This document shows positions 55,379 to 64,000 of a DNA stretch of 64,000 nucleotides, piece after piece; the first letter of the stretch is position 1, and each line of letters opens with the position of its first letter. A program made the translations under genes and the position numbers. The DNA comes from Felis catus (Eukaryota), in NCBI RefSeq assembly GCF_018350175.1, contig NC_058382.1, positions 61,568,001-61,632,000 of the forward strand, given 5' to 3'. A model generated the notes under the pieces. It was not told where the DNA came from. It ran no database searches and was given only the letters and a program-made list of their open reading frames with translations.

Positions 55379-56266
55379 TAGACCCCACATGGCCCATCAC
55401 GTACCCAGGGGGCCGGTCACGCTCATAGACCCCACGCGGCCCATCACGCACCCAGGGGGCCGGTCACGCTCATAGACCCCACGCGGCCCATCACGCACCC
55501 AGGGGGCCGGTCACGCTCATAGACCCCACGCGGCCCATCACGCACCCAGGGGGCCGGTCACGCTCATAGACCCCACGCGGCCCATCACGCACCCAGGGGG
55601 CCGGTCACGGTCATAGACCCCACGCGGCCCATCACGCACCCAGGGGGCCGGTCACGGTCATAGACCCCACGCGGCCCATCAGGTACCCATGGGGCCGGTC
55701 ACGCTCATAGACCCCACGCGGCCCATCACGCACCCAGGGGGCCGGTCACGCTCATAGACCCCACGCGGCCCATCAGGTACCCATGGGGCCGGTCACGCTC
55801 ATAGACCCCACATGGCCCATCACGCACCCAGGGGGCCGGTCACGCTCATAGACCCCACGCGGCCCATCAGGTACCCATGGGGCCGGTCACGCTCATAGAC
55901 CCCACATGGCCCATCACGCACCCAGGGGGCCGGTCACGCTCATAGACCCCACGCGGCCCATCAGGTACCCATGGGGCCGGTCACGCTCATAGACCCCACA
56001 TGGCCCATCACGCACCCAGGGGGCCGGTCACGCTCATAGACCCCACGCGGCCCATCAGGTACCCATGGGGCCGGTCACGCTCATAGACCCCACATGGCCC
56101 ATCACGCACCCAGGGGGCCGGTCACGCTCATAGACCCCACGCGGCCCATCAGGTACCCATGGGGCCGGTCACGCTCATAGACCCCACATGGCCCATCACG
56201 CACCCAGGGGGCCGGTCACGCTCATAGACCCCACGCGGCCCATCAGGTACCCATGGGGCCGGTCAC
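55379..56266 (+). repeat. 47-bp CpG-rich minisatellite, 18 full copies plus one partial
   Basis: Unit TAGACCCCACGCGGCCCATCACGCACCCAGGGGGCCGGTCACGCTCA with exact 47-bp period from 55379 to 56225. Confidence 0.98.
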
Positions 56267-59200
56267 TGCTGTGCTTGGGCTTTGTGCAGTCGCTCTGCTT
56301 GTTCTTGGAGCAAGCTGATTCAAAGATTCTAAGAAACAAACTTAAAATTATGACAACGTGGAGATTTCCATCTGAATTTTAAAAGACCCAGATAAGAGAT
56401 AACCCCAGAAGTGTTGGCTCTTTGTGGGTCTTCTGCCTCTCCCAGGTGCTTTGCTGAGCTTCTGTGTTTGTTGTGTTTACATGTGCCAAGCGGAGGCCTT
56501 TCCTCCCAAAGACCCCGGCTTTGGCTTCACCACGCACACAGCATGGTGGAGTGTGAGGAGGGAGCATTTGATGATGTCTCTCATAATACCTGATAAAAGA
56601 AGTCGCTGTTTCATGAAGGAAACCACCCTCGTTTAACCGTAAAATGTGTTCTCTTGTCCCACGGGAGGAGGGGGTGGGGGGGAGGTGGGGGGGGGTGGGC
56701 ATTCCCCTGGGATAAGCAGGGTTTCTGCAATCTTGCTGTTTTGGGGGCAGGTGTTGCTATGGGATTTTTCTACATCTATTTTCGAGACCCTGGGAAGGAA
56801 ATCACCCAGAAGCTTTTCATGAAGTATTACTTGGTGAGGGGTCTGGTGAGGGCACTTACAGTCTGTCCACCCAGGAAGGAGCTGGTACCTATGGCGGCGT
56901 GCCCACCCCTGTGGTCTGCAAGCTCTGATCCTGAGCATCCCAGCCTTGGGGTATAGACAAGACCAGTTTTTACTTTTCCCAGTAGCTCCCTCACTGAACG
57001 CTGAATGTCATGCCCACATTCTTGCTGGGTGGAGGTCCCTGTAACATCATGGCCTAACTTCATCATTGACTAGCTTTTGCTCCTAAGACCTAATTCTCTT
57101 TTTCTGTAAACTCCGATCTTCTGTCTGATTGAAAGCTTTTCTCCTAGTGTAGTCCTACCCTGACCCTGAGCAGGGTGGGCCAGCACTGTCCACCCCAGGC
57201 TTTGTGCTGTGCTCGCAGGGTCCTCCCTGGCTTGTCCTTCTGAGTGCTGAAGTCAGGTGGAGTGCTCCTCCAGCTTAAGTGTAAACTTAGGTAGGAGCAG
57301 AGGACTTGCTCCCCCTCTGCCCATCGCCCTAAATAACACACAGTTAAGATCCGGACTTCCATCTGTGTGACGATGTTTGTAGAAAACCATTGTTTCCCAC
57401 CAGGGTCCGTAGCTGAGGCCTTTGTTGTCTGCCCGCACGTCTGTCCTCAGAGAGGCCCTTGCTCCCTGCTGGGTGGGGGAATGGCAGCTGCCTCTCCTCT
57501 CTCCCAAGGATCTGCCTCCTGCTGGGGAGGAGGGGTGAGACAGGGGTCCTCCTGTGTCTGCATTCTGCACAGATTCCAGAGTTCCCTCAAGGTCTGGCAC
57601 CGCTGACAGTGACGTGTTTGTTCTGAGGCACAGCCTAGAGCACTGAACGGGGACGTGTTCCCTCCCTGGCTTGCCTCACTCAGCGCTGCGCTCAGCCCCG
57701 TGGTGCACAGGGGACGGGCAGCCTCTCCCCAGGCTCAGACCAAAAACCTGATCTTCCTCACTCAGAGGAACTTTCAGGTTGGCTGGAAAAGTCCAGCATG
57801 TGAGTGCTGCACCGTCTCCCAGCTCCTCCGCAGCAGCTGTTGTGAGATCACCTGATGACATCTTAGGGTGTCACAGAAGTAAGTAAGCTGAAGCGCAGCC
57901 CTCCCTGAGCGCCTCATGCATTTGGGAATAAAAAAAAAACAAAACAAAACACAGTATCCAGAAACTTAAGTAGCAAACTTTGTTGTAAAATAGCTTTGTT
58001 ACTTCTCCTAACTAAAATTAGGAGGACGTTTCCTTCCAATTTTTAAAATGAGGAGAAAGTATGTTTGCAAAAAATATTTGGGAAGTAAATAAGAATATAA
58101 AGAAGGGAGTCCCTGGCCTGCTCTGAGCAAGGTTACACAGGTGGGCACTGGTCTACACCCTGCCCCTTGGGCTTCACCGCGTTGAGCTGTGTACCCAGGT
58201 GATAGTGTAATCGTGTCGGAGAAAGCAAGACTGGCCAGCCGGGCGGTGATCCAAAAAGTAAGAGATTGAAACATGATGGGGGCTGTAAGGATGTCCCAAG
58301 CTCTTGCCTCTTTAACGTGAGAGTGGGTGGAGTCTCTGGGGTCTCTGTTGCGGAAAAGCTGGGGCGTTCGGCTGCTCTGAGGTGTTTCTTTAACGAGCAT
58401 TAGGCTGCACTGTGGAAGCATTGAGCTTTGTAGGGTGGTCATAAGATGCCACGGTTGGGAACACGTCCTCATCACACAACCCCGAGTCTTTATTTACTTT
58501 TCAGAAGGAGCATTGTTGTAGTGATCTGAGATGCTGTCGAGAGCAGATGGATGGCAGAAGGATCTAGGGCACACCCCTGAATCGTGTCTTTGAAGAGCTT
58601 CCCAGAGGAGCATGTCTGCGTGCAGATGGTTGGGTCCAGAGGCAACAATAGCTCGTGGGCCTTGGGGATTACGTTTTCATTCTCCCTGGCACTGTTTTCT
58701 TGTGGTACCTGCAGCTGGGTGGACAGAATGTTCCCGAATCAGCTCTGTATCTTAGGACTGCCCTGTAGTCAGTGTAAGACTGTTGTTTGTGTGCCTTCTG
58801 GATTTCCAAGGCAGTGTGGAATCTCAGTGCCTGGATGTACCAAATTTTAATCCCTGTTGCTGAATTGGTTTCTGTTTATTAAAACGGAAATAGGTTCATA
58901 CCCCAGGCTGAAAGTATTCATGTTAGTAGAAAAACAAAACAGACCTGTTCTGCAGAGCGTAGGCTGAGGTAGAGCCACAGTCTGGGTCTGTGGAGCACGT
59001 CCGAGCACAGAAGCACGTGGTTTGCTGCCGAATGCCCTGCTCTGCAGGTCTGGTGTTCTTTCTCCGAGGTGGACTGGCTGGAGGTTGTGAACAGTTTGTG
59101 CGTGGCATTCCTGCTCCTGGACGGTATCTGAGGTGAGGGGTAAGTTCAAGGCTGAGTGTTCCTCCGTAGGTTTTTTTTTTTTTTAATTTTTTTTTAACGT

Positions 59201-59673
59201 TTATTTATTTTTGAGACAGAGACAGACAGAACATGAATGGGGGAGGGTCAGAGAGAGGGAGACACAGAATCTGAAACAGGCTCCAGGCTCTGAGCTGTCA
59301 GCACAGAGCCCAACGCGGGGCTCGAACTCACGGACCACGAGATCATGACCTGAGCCGAAGTCGGCCGTCCAACCGACTGAGCCACCCAGGCGCCCCACGT
59401 AGGGTTTTTTTTTTTAATGTAGAGTGTAGGGGCACCTGGTGGCTCAGTTGGTTAAGCATCCGACTCTTTATTTCAGCCCAGGCTATGAACTCCTGGGTTC
59501 TTGCATTTGGGCCCCACGTTGGGCTCTGTGATAGTTTGGAGCCTGCTTGGGATTCTCGGTCTCCCTCTCTCTCTGCCCCTCCCCTGGTGCATGCTTTCTC
59601 TTCCTCTCTCTCCCCCCCCCTTTCAAAAATAAATAAATAAACTTTAAAAAAGAATTGAAAAAGTAAAGTGTAG

Positions 59674-59677
<4 letters not shown>

Positions 59678-59724
<47 letters not shown>
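59678..59724 (+). repeat. (TG)n microsatellite
   Basis: About 23 perfect TG units. (GA)n at ~59949-59992 and (TTTA)n at ~61143-61188 are SINE-associated. Confidence 0.95.
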
Positions 59725-59729
<5 letters not shown>

Positions 59730-59945
59730 AAAACATGCCTCTCTTGGTTTCACTACCCAACAGCGGAGGTTTCAGTTAAGAGGATCTTCACAATTCTGCC
59801 CTGGCAAATGCTACTTCCCACGATTAATAACCCGTGTTAAGGGGATCGTTTACCACATCGGTGTGTAGCAATAGCAGTGTTCCAAGTAGAACAGAATCCC
59901 CGTGTAGGGCTCTTTTTTAAAATTTTTAAACAATTTTCATTTATT

Positions 59946-59995
<50 letters not shown>

Positions 59996-61143
59996 TAAGT
60001 GGGGGAGGGGCAGAGAGAGAGACACACACAGAATCCGAAACAGGCTGCAGGCTCTGAGCTGTCAGCACAGAGCCCGACGTGGGCTTTGAACTCCTGAACC
60101 ATGAGATCATGACCAGAGCCGAAGTCCGATGCTTAACTGACTGAGCCACCCAGGCACCCCACACCCGCCTAGTGTAGGACTCTTAATTGTGACTCAGTTT
60201 TGTCAAGTAACATGTGAGAACCATGATCTGAGAGCTGGGAGGAGAGAATGGCACAGGGACACAAAGAAGGGACAGACAAACCTTCGCAGTTGTGGGAGCT
60301 TCTTATACTTTCATCCAAGACCCAAAGCCTGTGGTTTTGTGAGGCCAGACCCAGGCTTTGCTGGAGGAGCCCCGGTGGGGGGGTGGTGGCTGGAGGGGGA
60401 GCCTAAAGCTGCTCTTGAATCTTGGTCTCTGCAGAAGTTTGTATGGTTTAACATCAGCAGTGTTGACACCTTTGATCGGAACTTGGAGACTGCTCACTGG
60501 GAACTGGGCATTGAACTCCCCCAACCAGACGGCAGTGGTCTATGCCACTGAGAGCAACGGGTGAATGTCGGGCTCCAGTCTGGAGTCTGGTTCTGAGTAC
60601 AGAACAGTTCAGTGTTTAATCAGTTTTGGAGGGGTGCCTGGGTGGTTCAGTCAGTTAAGTGCTCGACTCTTGGTTTTGGCTCAGGTCATGATCTGGCGGT
60701 TTGTGGGTTTGAGCCCCTTGTTGGGCTGTGTGCTGACAGTGTGGAGCCTGCTTGGGATCCTCTGTCTCTCTCCTTCTCTGCCCCTCCCCAGCTCACTCTC
60801 TCTGTCTCTCTCAAAATAAATAAAAACTTAAAAAATTTTTTTTACCAGTTTTGGAGTGTGCTTCCTTTGAGCATATTATAGGCGTCTGCTAATTTACTAT
60901 ATATAGTAAAATGAATAAATAAATTCTGTTTTCATGGAGGAAAGAATCGATCGGTGAAATATTTAGGCAGGCAGCCCTTAAGAAATAGTATAATAGGGCT
61001 CAACTGTGAGGGGGCTGTGCTGGGTCTGCTGGGGTCCGTCCTCCTCACCCCCAATTTCAGGTGTCTGGGCAGACAGACGTGTGTGGGGTGAGAGGCTCAG
61101 GATTGGGGAAGGCTGGATGCTGTGTCCAGGCTCTGATATGTTT

Positions 61144-61186
<43 letters not shown>

Positions 61187-64000
61187 TTTTTTCAACGTTT
61201 ATTTTTGGGACAGAGAGAGACAGAGCATGAACGGGGGAGGGGCAGAGAGAGAGGGAGACACAGCATCGGAAACAGGCTCCAGGCTCCGAGCCATCAGCCC
61301 AGAGCCTGACGCGGGGCTCGAACTCCTGGACTGCGAGATCATGACCTGGCTGAAGTCGGACACTTAACCGACTGTGCCACCCAGGCGCCCCTCTGATATG
61401 TTTTTAAAAGATACTGCTCCCTTGTGTGGCATCAGTCTGTTCTTCACAGCGTTTCTCCCGAGGGAACTGATGAGTGGTTTTCTTGGATCTTCTAGGTTTC
61501 CCTTGCGAAGCCTGGTGTCCGCCCTTCTCCTAGTGGGCATCTTCCTCTGTGCTGTGAGGAGGGGGCCCGATGGGGGCTGTGCGTGGCAGGCGAGGACAGG
61601 GGCCGCCTCTTCAGTGCTGGGGAGACACCTGCCAGGGTCTTAAAGTACAGTGTCAACGTGTGGTTTGCGGATGAAGCTGGTTGTGAAGAAGCCAGGCTGG
61701 AGATGATGGAGTTTGTGAATTTCCTGAAGAATCCCAAGCAGTGTCAGGACTTAGGAGCCCAAATTCCAAAGGTATTGATTTCAGAAAACATGATAATGCT
61801 CTGAGCTCCAGGTCACAGTCAGAGATCACCATGGGTTAGTGTGGACAGATACGGGACAATTGAGCGTTTTCTAGAGATTGTGTATTTTATTAATCATGGG
61901 AAGTAGCATTTGCCAGGGCAGAATTGTGAAGATCCTCTTAACTGAAACCTCTGTGAGTTTACTTTTTTGAACTATGAGCTTGTGCAATTATAGGAACAGT
62001 CCCATACCCAACTGAAGTGTGTTTGTGTTCACTTGAAGCACAGACATTATTGGCTTTTCATTTAGAGGCCAGTCTGTCCGTCTAGTTTGGTTCCAATGAT
62101 CAGAATCTTTTGTTAAATGTCCTGCATAAACCACACGTTACCTATAGTTTTGTTCTCTAAATGAAGTGAGAACTTAGAAGCAGAGCAGTCTGAGTGTAGA
62201 ACCGTGTATTTTCTTACGACATTTTTCTTAGAGTTTTCTTTCCTACTCAATTTGACGTTTTTTTTTAGCTGTTTGCCTTTATTGCTTTATTTTCCAAAGC
62301 TTTCGACTTAGTTTTTGAAGAAACAACCTTTTTTTATTCCTGTTTTTTTTTTTTTTTAGTTCACACAACGTTAAATTACATAATTAAAATAGAAGTACAG
62401 CTTGCATAAACAGGTTTGGGATCAGATACAGCTGCCTTATGGTGAGCCCTTGACCCTGCTCTGGACAGAGGGGTGGGGTTGGTGTGGGTCAGGGTTGTTG
62501 TACAGCCATTGTGATTCTGGCTGCTGTGTGTTTCTGCTGGTGCCTCTTTGTGTCATGGACCCTTTGATGGCTTGACAAACTGCGAGTCCTTTTCCCAGAA
62601 TGATTTGCATCTTAAAGGAAATGGAGTCACAGACCCTTCAGTCATCCCCGGACTATGTGGACCAGGCTAAGAGCGCCTAGTGTAGACCGCTCTTTGGACA
62701 CAGACCCTTGTAGGAGCCCTTGCTTTCTCCAGCTCCTCCCCGTAGTGTGGCCGCCCCTAGGCAGTTTGTTCTGAGCAACAGCAACAGGTGATAGACCGCT
62801 GTGAGCCTGGGGACTAGAGGGTAGGAGGTGCTGTCCTGTCTTACAGGCTGGGGAGTGTTTGCTGGAAAGCATGTGTGTGCGACAGAGGTGCAGCTCACCC
62901 TGGTGCTCCCTACTGGAGATTTGCCAGCACCCGGCCCAGCTGCTGGTCCCCTCGGCTTTGTGGCTTTGTGGTTGGGTGCCGCAGGGGGTGCCTCTCTTTG
63001 CTTCTTAGGATGTCCAGCTGCTTGTACGTAGTTGCAGAGTGGGTGTGATAAGCGGTGTGGCGGTCAGGTCACCCAGAAGGGCCTCTCACCTGGAGTGCGA
63101 CCCTCCAGCAGCGTGTGGGCTTGAGGGAGGCGTCTCTGTCATTCTGTGTGGTGCCGAGGACATCAGGGCCCCCATGGGTGTGGGCTCCCCCTGGGCGTAA
63201 AGACCTACAGTGGACGTGGACACATGTACCCTGGACTCTTCAGTTGTGCGTGTGGTCACACGACTGGCAGAGATGGATTCATGGCGCACCGTGACCTTAA
63301 CCCACATTCACGGGAACATGGGGTCCAGCACCATGTTGTGGATCTGAGTTTTGTGACTCCTTCTCCCTACCTATTCGTGAGTACTTTGTTGTTGTTTTTA
63401 AAGACTCAAGGAAAAAACACTGTATGGTCTCCTCTGAGGTAACTAGATGCTAACCCACACCCTTGACTGGAAATGGGGCAGTAGAAATTCCCTGCTTTAA
63501 ATTTCTTTTCAATTTTCAGGTGTGATGGTAATCCATAAAACGAACACCGAGGTGTGTTACCAGAGTGTGAATTGGTGTCACTGTTTTGTAGAGCAGTTTG
63601 ACGGCACCTGTCAGACATTCAGACCCTTTGACCCAGCAAGCCCTGCCCTCGGGAGCTCTTGTGAAGACACGGCCTGCTTAGGTGGATGGGCTTTCGTGTG
63701 TCTGTGGTATTTGAACTTTTTATGGTGAACGTGGTTTAATTTTCTAAGAAAATATTAGAAGGAGAACCTCGGACTAGAAGAATGGTGCATCATCTCATGG
63801 GATTCTTGTTAGTGATGCCTGGGAGTCACCTGTTTAAATCAGAAACGGGCCTGTCTTTGGGTCCCATCTGTCCCCTTTAAGAGCCCGGCATCACCTTTCT
63901 GCTTCAGGGAGCCATGCCCACTGGTCTCCTGGCACTGGAGCTGCTTCTTGCCACAGCCACTGCGGGGAAGGCCAGTGTGCCTTTCATCACCGTGAATGGG

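Larger units (their letters stand above)
48085..64000 (+). pseudogene. AFG3L1P: AFG3-like 1 (mitochondrial m-AAA protease subunit) unitary pseudogene, exons 1-9, continuing beyond the window
   Basis: Exon relics ~48085-48195, 51852-51939, 52528-52587, 55265-55358, ~56696-56845, 59069-59132, 60435-60560, 61496-61771 and 63908-64000 translate to AFG3L1-like peptides ([80 protein letters not shown]). They carry a stop, lost acceptors and multiple frameshifts. Confidence 0.93.

Noticed and set aside
55379..56266. Regular 47-bp repeats suggesting a CRISPR array
   Set aside because: Units are contiguous with no unique spacers, there are no cas genes, and the context is a mammalian intron. It is a minisatellite.

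Overview
Mammalian genomic DNA from a felid (young feline CAN-SINEs; MC1R protein matches the cat type), syntenic with human 16q24.3. Gene order: intronless MC1R (+, 2045-2998); TUBB3 (+, 4 coding exons, 6909-16107, 450 aa); DEF8 (+, non-coding exon 1 near 23.9 kb, 11 coding exons, 27904-38409, 451 aa); CENPBD1 (-, 45641-47266); and, head-to-head with it, a decayed AFG3L1 unitary pseudogene (+, ~48085 to window end). Most notable: (1) CENPBD1 is an intact 541-aa domesticated pogo/Tigger transposase with two HTH domains and a full DDE fold whose third catalytic Asp is Gly (D191-D306-G339), sharing a CpG-island promoter with the dead AFG3L1. (2) DEF8 needs two GC-AG introns, and one exon has two ATGs and two donors whose offsets compensate. 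(3) The MC1R-TUBB3 read-through splice signals known from human are present, but the resulting frames are closed. Also present: a near-perfect REST/RE1 site in TUBB3 intron 1, two minisatellites, and many SINE, LINE, LTR and MER relics. No CRISPR or prokaryotic system. Human and mouse comparisons and repeat-family names are from memory and need alignment.
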